Of a DNA stretch of 64,000 nucleotides, positions 1 to 9,480 are shown piece by piece; the first letter of the stretch is position 1; every line of letters starts with the position of its first letter. The DNA comes from Candidatus Pacebacteria bacterium GW2011_GWA1_46_10 (GTDB taxonomy: Bacteria; Patescibacteriota; Microgenomatia; UBA1400; PJMF01): NCBI GenBank assembly GCA_001002135.1, contig LCLP01000001.1, forward strand, positions 361,114-425,113, written 5' to 3'. The notes under the pieces were generated by a model. That model was not told the origin of the DNA, made no database searches, and was given only the letters and a program-made list of their open reading frames with translations. A program made the position numbers and the translations under genes.

Positions 1-726
1 GCCATCCTGCAAAAACAGCGTTTGGACGAAGAGATCAGGCTTTTAAATGAGACCTATCGTGGTCAACTGACTGAATACCGCACGGCCGAGAAAGCCTTTC
101 AAATTGCTCGTGATCAGTACCAACAACTGCAAACTTTGGCCTCGATCAATGAAGTGACCGAGGCGGCGCGCCAAGTGATGAAGCTGCGTGGCCAAGTATT
201 GTTAACCTATTTCGAGCTATTAAGAGTCAGACTGATCGCGGCCGAGGGCATTGAGCTCTCGCTCAAAGAACCGCTCTTGCCGAAGATTGAACAGCGCAAA
301 AACTGGTTGCAGCAAGAGCAGCAGTTGATTGCTGCTGCCAATGATCGTGAACAATTTAATACCCTGGCTGATGCGTTCAGTGAGCAACTGCCGCCGCTGC
401 AAGCCACTTCGCAGGAAGCGATTACTTTGTTAACAGTCGGCAAACTGCAGGATGTCTTTGACCGTTTGGCTTTGATTGGGGAGGACCTGACTAAGACTGA
501 AGCCAGTAACAGTGCCCTGGTTGACAGCCGAGCGATGCGTGAAACCAAACGTGCGACCGAGGAAGTGAGAGTAAGTTTTCAGACTATTTGGGATGAACTA
601 CGGCGGAATATTCAGAATGATAACATCAGTAATTTTTATACTAATCTGAGTAAAACGTTGAATCCAGTCTACTCTAATCTGAATAAACTAGCGGCTTTTT
701 TAGCTGAGTTACTACGAATGTTATGA
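1..726 (+). CDS. hypothetical helical/coiled-coil protein, 5'-truncated by the window edge
   Basis: Frame is open from position 1; Q/E/L/A-rich amphipathic helices; ATGA overlap with the next gene. Confidence 0.7.
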   Translation, partial: AILQKQRLDEEIRLLNETYRGQLTEYRTAEKAFQIARDQYQQLQTLASINEVTEAARQVMKLRGQVLLTYFELLRVRLIAAEGIELSLKEPLLPKIEQRKNWLQQEQQLIAAANDREQFNTLADAFSEQLPPLQATSQEAITLLTVGKLQDVFDRLALIGEDLTKTEASNSALVDSRAMRETKRATEEVRVSFQTIWDELRRNIQNDNISNFYTNLSKTLNPVYSNLNKLAAFLAELLRML

Positions 727-1103
727 CAGAAACTCGCTACAACCAAAATCAAACTCAATTTGGCTCCGATGCACCGATCATGGCGACACCGGTGGTGATT
801 GAACCACCGACAGCGTCAAAGGAGAAGCCCCCTTTTTGGCAGAAAATGCCTAAATGGCTGATTGGTTTGGTGATTGTTTTAATAGTTTTTATAGTGGGAG
901 TGTGGCTGGTAGCCTTGACTCAACGATCAGCACCCACTTCAGAGGAGGTAGTCAGTGAGACTGAAACTCCCGAGCGTCAGTTAACCCCTTTGGAAGAACG
1001 ACTGGAAACAGCCCGCGAACTGCTGCGACAGGCCAATCCCACCGTCCAAGAGTTGCCTTTTCCACCGGTTGATACCACCTTACGAATTGATAAAGCCCGC
1101 TGA
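723..1103 (+). CDS. hypothetical single-pass membrane protein
   Basis: One TM segment (WLIGLVIVLIVFIVGVWLVAL); coupled to the upstream stop. Confidence 0.75.
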   Translation: MTETRYNQNQTQFGSDAPIMATPVVIEPPTASKEKPPFWQKMPKWLIGLVIVLIVFIVGVWLVALTQRSAPTSEEVVSETETPERQLTPLEERLETARELLRQANPTVQELPFPPVDTTLRIDKAR

Positions 1104-1126
1104 GTACTCTTTGATAAAGGGTGATC

Positions 1127-1135
1127 TGCTAAAAT
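1127..1135 (+). promoter_or_regulatory. extended -10 element (TGcTAAAAT) for frr, likely leaderless
   Basis: TGCTAAAAT lies 7 nt before ATG 1143; no SD in between. Confidence 0.6.
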
Positions 1136-1142
1136 GGGATGC

Positions 1143-1694
1143 ATGATAGCTAAAAGTGATTACGTGCCACAATTTCAGCAAGTCTTTGCTCACACCCAGC
1201 TCGAGCTTGGTACTTTGCGCACCGGCCGAGCGTCAGTCCAGCTGTTGGATGGGGTTTTAGTGGAGGCGTATGGGACTAAACTTCACCTGAATGAAGTGGC
1301 CACGGTCAGCGCACCGGATGCTACTTTACTGGTCGTTTCGCCGTGGGATAAAAGCCTCGTTTCAGCCGTGGAAAAAGCCATCCAGCTGGCAAATCTTAAT
1401 CTCAGCCCGGTGGTGGACGGCGAAGTGGTCAAGGTGCCAGTACCGTCACTGACTCAAGAGCGCCGCGAAGAAATGATCAAAGTCTTACATCAGAAAGCGG
1501 AGAGCGGTCGAGTGATGATGCGCTCGACGAGGAGTGATGTCAGGCGCCAGATAGAAGATCAAAAAGGTGAGGCCGGGGTGAGTGAGGATGATATTCAGGC
1601 AGCGTTTGAGGAGCTGGATCGGGTCAGTGCCGAGTGGATCGGCAAAATCGATGAGCTGGTGGCCCATAAGGAAGCGGAGCTAAAGACGCTCTAA
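1143..1694 (+). CDS. frr: ribosome recycling factor
   Basis: LRTGRAS, V.AYG, PWDKS and P.LT.ERR motifs; start chosen at ATG 1143. Confidence 0.95.
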   Translation: MIAKSDYVPQFQQVFAHTQLELGTLRTGRASVQLLDGVLVEAYGTKLHLNEVATVSAPDATLLVVSPWDKSLVSAVEKAIQLANLNLSPVVDGEVVKVPVPSLTQERREEMIKVLHQKAESGRVMMRSTRSDVRRQIEDQKGEAGVSEDDIQAAFEELDRVSAEWIGKIDELVAHKEAELKTL

Positions 1695-1700
1695 CTTTTC

Positions 1701-2825
1701 ATGGCAGTCATTATTTTTATCTTACTACTGTCCATTTTGGTCGTGATCCACGAACTGGGTCATTTTTTAGTGGCTCGTCGGCGAAAAGTGGGCGTGGAGG
1801 AGTTTGGTTTTGGCTATCCGCCAAGATTACTGAAGCTTTTTGACTGGCAAGGCACGGTTTTTACCCTGAACGCTATTCCTTTTGGCGGTTTTGTCAAACT
1901 GGAAGGGGAAGAGTATGTGCCGGATACATCGACCAAAAAACGGTCATCGTCAACGGCGTTTTACACCAAATCTGTCTTTGACCGCATCGCGGTGATTGTG
2001 GCCGGGCCGCTGGCTAATATTTTGTTTGGCATGGTGGCTTTCTCAGTGGTGTTTGGGTTGGTTGGCGTCCCGCGGCCGCTCAATGATCGTCCCCGTATCG
2101 GAGAGGTGTCGACCGGCTCGCCGGCGCAACAAGCAGGGATTCAATCTGATTTCGAGTTAGTCGGTTTTCGGCTGTTTGATGATTTTATTGCCACGCCAAA
2201 AATCGAGGATGTGGTGGAGTTTACCAAGCTCAATCAGGGACACACCGTCACGGCAGTTATGACTGGACCGTGTTCGGGTTTGGAGTGTCCCGAAACTCTT
2301 GAGGAAAAAGCAGTCTATATTCGTACCGAGGCCGAAACTCCGGCCGGCCAAGGCTCAATCGGTTTGGTCTTTGCGGACTTTGTTTTTGAGACCGGTCCTT
2401 GGTACTGGCGGGCTATCAGAGGAGTAGCCTACGGTGTCCAGGGAGCGCTTTCGCTGGGAGTGGTGATTGTGGTGGCCGTAGTGGATTTATTTAAGAATTT
2501 AATCATTGGTGGTCAGTTACCTTCAGACATCGCTGGTCCGATCGGCATTGTTCATCAGGCCAGTCAATACCAACTGTTGTCACGAGGAATCGCACCACTC
2601 TTGGAGTTTACTGGGATGTTGTCGATTAACTTAGGGATTATGAACGCTCTGCCCATTCCAGCCTTGGATGGTGGCCGAATACTCTTTATTTTGTTGGAGA
2701 AGATGATTGGCCGGAAGAAAATTCAAAACGTTGAGGGGTACGTACACTACGGTGGGTTTATACTTTTAGTGGGGTTACTTATTCTCATTTCCCTGCGCGA
2801 TGTAGCGCAGATTTTTCAAAGTTAA
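1701..2825 (+). CDS. rseP: RIP metalloprotease RseP (M50 family, PDZ-like insert)
   Basis: HELGH zinc motif, FGFGYPP, PFGGFV, AGP.AN and NALPIPALDGG; follows frr. Confidence 0.92.
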   Translation: MAVIIFILLLSILVVIHELGHFLVARRRKVGVEEFGFGYPPRLLKLFDWQGTVFTLNAIPFGGFVKLEGEEYVPDTSTKKRSSSTAFYTKSVFDRIAVIVAGPLANILFGMVAFSVVFGLVGVPRPLNDRPRIGEVSTGSPAQQAGIQSDFELVGFRLFDDFIATPKIEDVVEFTKLNQGHTVTAVMTGPCSGLECPETLEEKAVYIRTEAETPAGQGSIGLVFADFVFETGPWYWRAIRGVAYGVQGALSLGVVIVVAVVDLFKNLIIGGQLPSDIAGPIGIVHQASQYQLLSRGIAPLLEFTGMLSINLGIMNALPIPALDGGRILFILLEKMIGRKKIQNVEGYVHYGGFILLVGLLILISLRDVAQIFQS

Positions 2826-2827
2826 AG

Positions 2828-3046
2828 ATGTCAAAAAAACGCACCCGCGCCCAAAAAATAAAGGTGGCCACCCACCGACAACGACTGACTGACCGAGCTG
2901 AAAACTCGAGAAAAATAGAGCAGACATCTACCCCCACTCTCCCGACTGCTTTTATCCCGCAGGACTTGGTAAGAGCCCTGGTGGCTACCCTGATTGTGCT
3001 AGGTGTCTTGCTTGCCGTTTTTGTTTATACTAGGATGTCTTTTTAA
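2828..3046 (+). CDS. small protein with basic N-terminus and C-terminal TM helix
   Basis: 72 aa; K/R-rich N-terminus, C-terminal LVRALVATLIVLGVLLAVFVY; fills the gap between genes. Confidence 0.65.
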   Translation: MSKKRTRAQKIKVATHRQRLTDRAENSRKIEQTSTPTLPTAFIPQDLVRALVATLIVLGVLLAVFVYTRMSF

Positions 3047-3070
3047 AGTGAAAGGAAAGCTCGATTACTC

Positions 3071-4249
3071 ATGCCAAAAAAACACCTCCTGATTGCCTTA
3101 GTGCTCTACGCCGTTTCGGCGGTGGCTTCTTTTAGCGCTTTTTCATACTTCGAAAGATCAAAAGTAGTTCTCCCTGGTGAAATCCAAAATGGCGAGACCT
3201 TGTTGGGGGCGTTGCTGACCATTGACCCTAATGCGCCGCGAGATCAGGAGTGTCCACTTAATGGCCGGTTATATACTCAAGTGGAGCGAGAAGCTTGGGA
3301 AAAACGGCGACCATTATTTGTAATGATCGAAAACCATCCTGATGCCAGACCGCAGTCGGGCTTGAGTCGCGCGGACGTGGTCTTTGAAGCAGTGGCAGAA
3401 GGTGGAGTGACTCGGTTTGGCGCTCTTTTTTATTGTGCGGCTCAAGTGCAAGACTTGACTTTGGCGCCAGTTCGCTCAGCCCGCAGTTATTTTGTTGACT
3501 GGGCCTCTGGCTTTAATTTCCCAATGTATGTTCACGTGGGTGGAGCGAACGTACCAGGTCCGACCGATGCGCTGGGCCAGATTAATCAATATGGCTGGGC
3601 GTTGGAAAATGATCTTAACCAGTTTTCGGTCGGGTATCCCACTTTTGTGAGAGATTACAACCGAGTGGATGGCAAAGATTTAGCTACCGAGCACACCATG
3701 GTCACGACGTCCGAGAAACTGTGGAAAGTGGCGCAGGAGCGTGGCTGGACAAACATGTCCCCAGACCAAGTGATCAATCGTCGAGTAGTCCCTGGGTCTG
3801 ATTGGAAAGCGGGTTTTGAGTCCTGGGCATTTGAAGAAAACCCCTCACCAGCTGGCAGTGTCACCAACGTCAAATATGATTTTTGGAGCGGCTATGGCGA
3901 CTACTCGGTGGAATGGAACTATGACACCGACAAAAATGCGTATTTGAGAAAAGTGGGTGGGCAATCCGATGTTGACTTGAATAATGACGAACAGATTGCG
4001 GCCAAGAACGTGGTGGTGCTTTTTACCACCGAGAAGGGCCCGATTAACGAGAAAAAACACATGATGTATGGCACCACCGGCACTGGGAAGGCACTGATTT
4101 TCAAACACGGTGAAGCGATCGAGGCCACCTGGAGTAAAAAGGCTCGTACTGATGAGCTCCGTTTCTTGGTGAACGGGAAAGATGTTGAAATGGCTCGTGG
4201 TCTGACATGGATTTCGGTGGTTGGTACGACCAATGAAGTAGCTTATTGA
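3071..4249 (+). CDS. DUF3048 (YerB-like) exported protein
   Basis: MIENHPDARPQSGL, AEGGVTRF and PVRSAR motifs; N-terminal signal/TM. Confidence 0.88.
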   Translation: MPKKHLLIALVLYAVSAVASFSAFSYFERSKVVLPGEIQNGETLLGALLTIDPNAPRDQECPLNGRLYTQVEREAWEKRRPLFVMIENHPDARPQSGLSRADVVFEAVAEGGVTRFGALFYCAAQVQDLTLAPVRSARSYFVDWASGFNFPMYVHVGGANVPGPTDALGQINQYGWALENDLNQFSVGYPTFVRDYNRVDGKDLATEHTMVTTSEKLWKVAQERGWTNMSPDQVINRRVVPGSDWKAGFESWAFEENPSPAGSVTNVKYDFWSGYGDYSVEWNYDTDKNAYLRKVGGQSDVDLNNDEQIAAKNVVVLFTTEKGPINEKKHMMYGTTGTGKALIFKHGEAIEATWSKKARTDELRFLVNGKDVEMARGLTWISVVGTTNEVAY

Positions 4250-4251
4250 GC

Positions 4252-4320
4252 CCTACCTGCGGCAGGCAGGCCTGTCTACCGACGGGTAAGACCTGTCTCC
4301 CGACAGGCAAGCCCTGTCCT
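4252..4320. repeat. tandem array of ~3.4 degenerate 19-21 bp palindromic units (CCTGYCTRCCGRCAGGCARG-like)
   Basis: cctacctgcggcaggcagg / cctgtctaccgacgggtaaga / cctgtctcccgacaggcaagc / cctgtcct; each full unit can form a hairpin. Confidence 0.8.
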
Positions 4321-4322
4321 CG

Positions 4323-4331
4323 TGCTATAAT
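4323..4331 (+). promoter_or_regulatory. extended -10 promoter TGcTATAAT for the regulator-secD-secF operon
   Basis: Perfect TGnTATAAT, 27 nt upstream of ATG 4359. Confidence 0.65.
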
Positions 4332-4358
4332 TGAGTACATAAAGGGTTCATTTTGTTT

Positions 4359-4958
4359 ATGGCAGACCTACGCGATCTGGTAATTTCACGAGTGAGAGTT
4401 AAGATGCTGGAGTTATTTTTCAATAACACTGAAGAAATGTATTATGTGCGCCAGATTACCCGGGAAATCAAGGAAGAAATTAATGCCGTGCGACGGGAAC
4501 TCGATCGGCTGCTGGGCGCCGGGGTCCTCAAGAGTGAGCAGCGCGGCAATCGGTTGTATTACTCGCTCAATAAACGCTACTTGTTTTACCAAGAACTCCA
4601 GCAAATAGTGGTCAAGAGTGCTGGTTTGGGTCAGAAAATTAGGCGTTTACGCCGGAAACTCGGGGATCTCACGTTTGTGATGTTTTCTGGTAAGTTTGTC
4701 CGGGGAGTCCCGCCTTCGCCAGACGAGGTGGAGGTGCTGATTGTCGGCGCGGTGGTTTTGCCGGAGCTGCAGGCTTTGATGAAAGAGGAAGAGAAACGCT
4801 TGGGCCGCGAGGTGAACTACGCAGTTTTCACGCCAGAAGAGTTTGATTTTCGTAAAACTCGACGAGACCCATTTATCATGGAGATTTTGTATAACACTCG
4901 GGTGATGGTGATCGGCAGTGAAGATGAGTTTGCTCATCGCCAAGTGCAAGGTCTATGA
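4359..4958 (+). CDS. winged-helix (ArsR-like) regulator fused to a degenerate nucleotidyltransferase-like domain
   Basis: YYVRQITREIKEEINAVRRELDRL HTH with GNRLYY wing; C-terminal FSGKF..EVEVLIVG, GREVNY.VFT.EEF. Confidence 0.7.
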   Translation: MADLRDLVISRVRVKMLELFFNNTEEMYYVRQITREIKEEINAVRRELDRLLGAGVLKSEQRGNRLYYSLNKRYLFYQELQQIVVKSAGLGQKIRRLRRKLGDLTFVMFSGKFVRGVPPSPDEVEVLIVGAVVLPELQALMKEEEKRLGREVNYAVFTPEEFDFRKTRRDPFIMEILYNTRVMVIGSEDEFAHRQVQGL

Positions 4959-6361
4959 GTTGGTTTCAGTCGAGACTAGTCAGGCGCTTGGTTTTCATCG
5001 GTTTGCTCACTCTCTTTGCTACTTGGTTGGCGCTGCCAGCCAGTCTACCGGTGAAGTTTCGTTTGGGTTTATGGCAGGTTGATCGAGTGGTGCAGTTGCC
5101 TCGGTTGGCTTTTTCACTGTTTGGCAAGCCAGTCAGCAATACTCAGCCAATTAAACTTGGCTTGGATTTGCAAGGCGGGATGCAGGTTGTGCTGATGGCC
5201 GACATGACTGATATTGCCCCGGCGGATCAGGAAGATGCACTGCTGGCTGCTCAAGAAATTATTCGTCGCCGAGTCGATTTGTACGGTGTGAATGAACCAG
5301 TTGTTCAGACTTCGCGCGCTGGTGATGAATATCGGTTGATTGTGGAGTTGCCAGGTATTGCTAATCCGCAGGAAGCGCTAGCGTTGGTGGGTCGGACAGC
5401 AGAACTAGAATTTCGCTTAGAGGGGAAAATTGAGGAGCGGCTTGATCCTTCACAACCAGTGTATTTGATTAATGAACAACAGTTTCAGGCCACTGGTTTA
5501 ACTGGTCGGCAGTTGCGAAAAGCCAGTGTTCAATTTGACCAAAACACTGGTGAACCGCTGATTAGTTTGCAGTTTAACGATGAGGGGAGTCAGTTGTTTG
5601 CGCAGATTACGACTGATCACGTGGGCAAACGGTTGGGTATTTTTATTGACGGAGCGCCGGTTACCCTGCCACAGATTGCTGGGCCAATTCCCAACGGTCA
5701 GGCCGTGATTACCGGTGGTTTTACACTGGAGCAAGCCAAACAACTGGCTATTCAGCTCAATGCTGGGGCGTTGCCGGTGCCAATCTCGGTCTTGGAACAG
5801 CGGACAGTTGGAGCCAGTTTGGGAGAGGTCTCGATCCGGCAAAGTGTGTTTGCGGGGGTGGTTGGTTTGGCACTGGTAGCGCTGTTTATGGTGCTCAATT
5901 ATGGTTTTCATGGCGGGGTGGCTGGGGTGGCGTTGAGTATTTACGCTGTGCTGACGGTGGCCTTGTATAAAATGATGGGGGTGACCCTGACCTTGCCTGG
6001 CATTGCCGGACTGTTGTTGTCGGTCGGTATGGCAGTAGATGCGAATATCCTCATTTTTGAGCGGTTTAAAGAAGAGTTTCGCTTGGGGCATACCTATCGC
6101 AATGCCCTCGAGCTTGGTTTTGGGCGGGCTTGGGAAAGTATTAAAGATGCTAACTTGGCAACTATTTTAACGGCGCTGGTGTTGATCAATCCCCTTAATC
6201 TTGACTGGTTGGCACGAAGCGGTCTAGTGCGTGGGTTTGGTATCACGTTACTGATTGGGGTGTTACTGAGTTTGTTTACTGGAGTGGTGGTCAGCCGGAA
6301 TTTACTGCGCGCGGCCGCCCCATGGTTAGAAAAATTGTATATAAAGGGGAGAAAATCATGA
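4955..6361 (+). CDS. secD: protein translocase subunit SecD
   Basis: KLGLDLQGG, GVNEP, LNAGALP, GMAVDANILIFER and DANL motifs. Confidence 0.96.
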   Translation: MSWFQSRLVRRLVFIGLLTLFATWLALPASLPVKFRLGLWQVDRVVQLPRLAFSLFGKPVSNTQPIKLGLDLQGGMQVVLMADMTDIAPADQEDALLAAQEIIRRRVDLYGVNEPVVQTSRAGDEYRLIVELPGIANPQEALALVGRTAELEFRLEGKIEERLDPSQPVYLINEQQFQATGLTGRQLRKASVQFDQNTGEPLISLQFNDEGSQLFAQITTDHVGKRLGIFIDGAPVTLPQIAGPIPNGQAVITGGFTLEQAKQLAIQLNAGALPVPISVLEQRTVGASLGEVSIRQSVFAGVVGLALVALFMVLNYGFHGGVAGVALSIYAVLTVALYKMMGVTLTLPGIAGLLLSVGMAVDANILIFERFKEEFRLGHTYRNALELGFGRAWESIKDANLATILTALVLINPLNLDWLARSGLVRGFGITLLIGVLLSLFTGVVVSRNLLRAAAPWLEKLYIKGRKS

Positions 6362-7215
6362 GATTTATGAGGTATCGCCCCTGGTTTTTCGCGCTGTCAC
6401 TGTTGGTGATTATTCCAGGTTTGGTTTCGCTCTTACGGTTTGGTTTCCGGCCAGCGATTGACTTTACGGGTGGTTCACTGCTGGTATTTCGGTTTGAGCA
6501 TGAGGTGACCAGTGATCAGTTGACCTCAGTTGAGTCAGCCAGGGAATTTACTGCTGTGCAAAATGCTGGTGAGCGAACTTGGCTCTTGCGCGGTAAACCG
6601 ATCAGTAACGAAGAGAAAGAACAGTTTGTCCAAGCGGTCAGTGAAGAAGTTGGCCAGGTTGAAGTGCAGCGGTTTGAGACAGTGGGGCCAACTTTGGGCA
6701 AAGAGTTGTTGACAAAAATGCTGACGGCGGGGTTGATCGTGACAGTGTTCATTTTACTTTATGTAGCGCGCCAATTTAAAAATTTCCAGTTTGGTTTGGC
6801 CGCCATCATTGCCATGTTCCACGACTCACTGGTTTTGTTGGGGAGTTTCAGTTTATTGGGTTATTTTTATGATGTGGAGATTGATGTGTTGTTTGTGACG
6901 GCCATGCTAACCACCCTTTCGTTTTCGGTCCATGACACCATTGTGGTTTTTGACCGCATTCGGGAGTTACAGCATAAGTATCCTAAATACTCTTTGATTG
7001 ATACGGCTGATCGAGCAATTTCCGAAACACTGGTGCGCTCACTGAATAACTCGTTAACCATCATCTTGATGTTGTTGGCGTTAGTTTTGATGGGTGGGGA
7101 GTCGATTCGGTGGTTTGCCGTAGCCTTACTGATCGGGGCCGTGACTGGCACGTATTCAAGTACTTTCACGGCGGTGCCATTATTGGTGGTCTTGGGGAGA
7201 AGCAAGAGTCACTAA
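6358..7215 (+). CDS. secF: protein translocase subunit SecF
   Basis: IDFTGG, VGPTLG, HD, SVHDTIVVFDRIRE and GTYSS motifs; ATGA-coupled to secD. Confidence 0.96.
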   Translation: MRFMRYRPWFFALSLLVIIPGLVSLLRFGFRPAIDFTGGSLLVFRFEHEVTSDQLTSVESAREFTAVQNAGERTWLLRGKPISNEEKEQFVQAVSEEVGQVEVQRFETVGPTLGKELLTKMLTAGLIVTVFILLYVARQFKNFQFGLAAIIAMFHDSLVLLGSFSLLGYFYDVEIDVLFVTAMLTTLSFSVHDTIVVFDRIRELQHKYPKYSLIDTADRAISETLVRSLNNSLTIILMLLALVLMGGESIRWFAVALLIGAVTGTYSSTFTAVPLLVVLGRSKSH

Positions 7216-8801
7216 ATTAGAGTCTTGGCTTTGGTCAACAATTTTTCTTTGGCGTTGAGCTCAGGGTCCTCCAAAACCATTTCAAATAATTGAGTAAGGA
7301 GATCACCGAGTTGCTTGCCGGGTTTTAAGTTCAGTGCTTTCATCAGGTCATGGCCGTCGATGGCCAAATCATGCACACTCAATGGTTGGTTGAGTTGTTC
7401 AATCATTCGCTGTTTCATTTCTTCCAGTCGCCAGCTAGTTTTGCGGGCACCGCTGCCGAGCCGATCGGCCTCCCGCAAGTCCAGGATGTCATCGATGTTT
7501 TCCAGCCCCACTTTACGCATAAAGCGACGAATGGCGGCATCAGTATTGTGCGGCTGGTAATAGAACATGTGGTAGCGGACCAGAGTAAAAATTCGGTCGG
7601 TGTCGTTTTTAGACAGTTTGAAACGTTGGGCAACTTTCACCGCCATTCTAGAGCCAACGATTTCATGGTTATAAAAGGTGATTTTGCCAGCCGTGATTTT
7701 TTGTGTACGTGGTTTGGCAATGTCGTGAAGTAAGGTGGCAAGGCGCACGATCGGATCAAGAGAAGGGCAGTGATCAACTGAGTCGAGGGTATGAGTCCAG
7801 ACATCGGTGTTATGATGACCGCCTTGTTCCACCCCCTTTCCTTCCAGTAGTTCCGGCAAGATATGGGCGAGCAACCCGGTTTCATCCATCAACTCAATCC
7901 CCCGCTTGGGGAGGGGACTGACGAGCATTTTGAAGAATTCGTCTTGAATGCGCTCCCAGCTAATATGGGCAATCAAAGGGGAGTGTTCTTTAATGGCTTG
8001 GAGTGTTAATGGATCAATCTCCATTACCAATTGCACCGTAAAGCGGAGAGCTCGCAGTAGACGCAGAGCATCTTCCTTAAACCTGACATTGGGGTCACCA
8101 ACGGCCTTGACGACTCGTTTGGCTAGATCTTGCACTCCTTTGTGTGGGTCGACCAAGGTATAGTCAGCGCTTTTTAGCGTCACGGTGGGCGGAATGACCT
8201 TGTGGGCAAAAATCTCTTCCAGATTATGCTGGGGGATTTTCAGCGCCATGGCATTAATGGTGAAGTCGCGCCGCATCAGGTCATCCTCGACTGTTTTACC
8301 CCAAGTGACGGTGGTTGGCCGCCGGTGGTCATCATACGCGCCGTCGGCCCGATAGGTAGTAATCTCAAATGGTTTTGGCTTGGGTAGTTCGATAGTTTGA
8401 TCAGGCGCCGCCAGCGAACTGTGGAGTTTTGATGCCCGAGAGAGATCAATCAGTTTGGGTTGATGCTCTTTGGCTAGGCATGATTGATATAAAGTGGTCA
8501 GCTTCTGCTCTGGTAGCTGGAAATGCTGTTTTTCTAGCAGTTGCCAGAGGTTTTCATGGGTGACGCCGACCGTGCCGAAAGTGTTTTCGTAAAAATTTTC
8601 CGGAAATAATTGTTGGATTTCTGCCGGTTTGGCATTAGTAGTGAAATCGTAGTCGATGGTGGCCAGCCTCTCACCACTGGTGTTGATGGCTGCTTGGATA
8701 ATAAGATCTCTGACTGCCCCACCCACCAGAAAAGCCTCGAAACCGGCTTGCTGGAGAGTGTGAAGAATAAATAAAACTTCAAACGGCAGCTGCAATTTCA
8801 T
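7212..8801 (-). CDS. cca: class II tRNA nucleotidyltransferase (CCA-adding enzyme) with HD domain
   Basis: VGGAVRD, DYD, EITTYR, DL.RRDFTINAMA, EDALRLLRALRF and LLHDIAKP; start set to ATG 8801. Confidence 0.88.
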   Translation of the reverse strand: MKLQLPFEVLFILHTLQQAGFEAFLVGGAVRDLIIQAAINTSGERLATIDYDFTTNAKPAEIQQLFPENFYENTFGTVGVTHENLWQLLEKQHFQLPEQKLTTLYQSCLAKEHQPKLIDLSRASKLHSSLAAPDQTIELPKPKPFEITTYRADGAYDDHRRPTTVTWGKTVEDDLMRRDFTINAMALKIPQHNLEEIFAHKVIPPTVTLKSADYTLVDPHKGVQDLAKRVVKAVGDPNVRFKEDALRLLRALRFTVQLVMEIDPLTLQAIKEHSPLIAHISWERIQDEFFKMLVSPLPKRGIELMDETGLLAHILPELLEGKGVEQGGHHNTDVWTHTLDSVDHCPSLDPIVRLATLLHDIAKPRTQKITAGKITFYNHEIVGSRMAVKVAQRFKLSKNDTDRIFTLVRYHMFYYQPHNTDAAIRRFMRKVGLENIDDILDLREADRLGSGARKTSWRLEEMKQRMIEQLNQPLSVHDLAIDGHDLMKALNLKPGKQLGDLLTQLFEMVLEDPELNAKEKLLTKAKTLI

Positions 8802-8891
8802 CAACTCATTATAGATGATCTTGGGGCTCGCAGGGAGATTTGCCAAGAGAGCAAATTCTAGTGTAGGATATCCTTAAAGGAGGGTGTCACC

Positions 8892-9476
8892 ATGAAAAAA
8901 GTATTACCAATTCTCCTCAGTCTTTCCTTGGTTTTTTTAGCAGGTACCGCAGTGGGAGCTCAAACCACTGACCGGCCGGCGAGAACCCAGCCAATACGCC
9001 CTGAAGCCATAGAGGCGCTTGAAATCAGGCAGGAGGAGCGCCAAGCCCAACGCCAGCAATGGCTCGACCAACGGTGTGATGTTTTAGAAAATCACCTCTC
9101 GGTCCAAATTAATCGGTACCAAAATAATGCTGATAAGCACACCGCCCGCTATGAGCGGATGGTGGCGCGATTAAACGCTTTGGTGGCTCGGTTACAGGCG
9201 GATGGGGTGGACACCACCAAATTGGAAGCAGCCATCGGTGTTTTCACCGAAAAAGTGCAGTTGTTTGCTCACAATGCGGCTAGCTACGTCGAGTCACTCA
9301 AAGCCACCCAGGGCTTTGCCTGTGGTGAATCAGAAGGTGATTTCCGTAACGTTTTGGTTGAATCGCGCTCGCTTTTACAAATCTTGCGAGAGAACGTCCT
9401 GGAGATCAGGACTTATTGGCAAGAAACGCTGCGACCACTGATTACCCAGTTAGTATCAACAGACTCTGAGGAGTAA
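8892..9476 (+). CDS. secreted coiled-coil protein
   Basis: Signal peptide, strong AAGGAGG SD, long helical bundle with a Cys pair. Confidence 0.75.
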   Translation: MKKVLPILLSLSLVFLAGTAVGAQTTDRPARTQPIRPEAIEALEIRQEERQAQRQQWLDQRCDVLENHLSVQINRYQNNADKHTARYERMVARLNALVARLQADGVDTTKLEAAIGVFTEKVQLFAHNAASYVESLKATQGFACGESEGDFRNVLVESRSLLQILRENVLEIRTYWQETLRPLITQLVSTDSEE

Positions 9477-9480
9477 AAGT

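Noticed and set aside
4252-4320. CRISPR array
   Set aside because: Units are adjacent with no unique spacers, only about 3 degenerate copies exist, and there are no cas1/cas2 genes.
4101-4340. 79-aa minus-strand ORF with LPVGRQ repeats
   Set aside because: It is a translation of the palindromic repeat and lies antisense to the DUF3048 gene.
5498-6091. Long antisense ORFs (also 17939..18475, 54386..54928, 28542..28931 and others)
   Set aside because: They are shadows of well-supported genes on the opposite strand, with no motifs or start signals.
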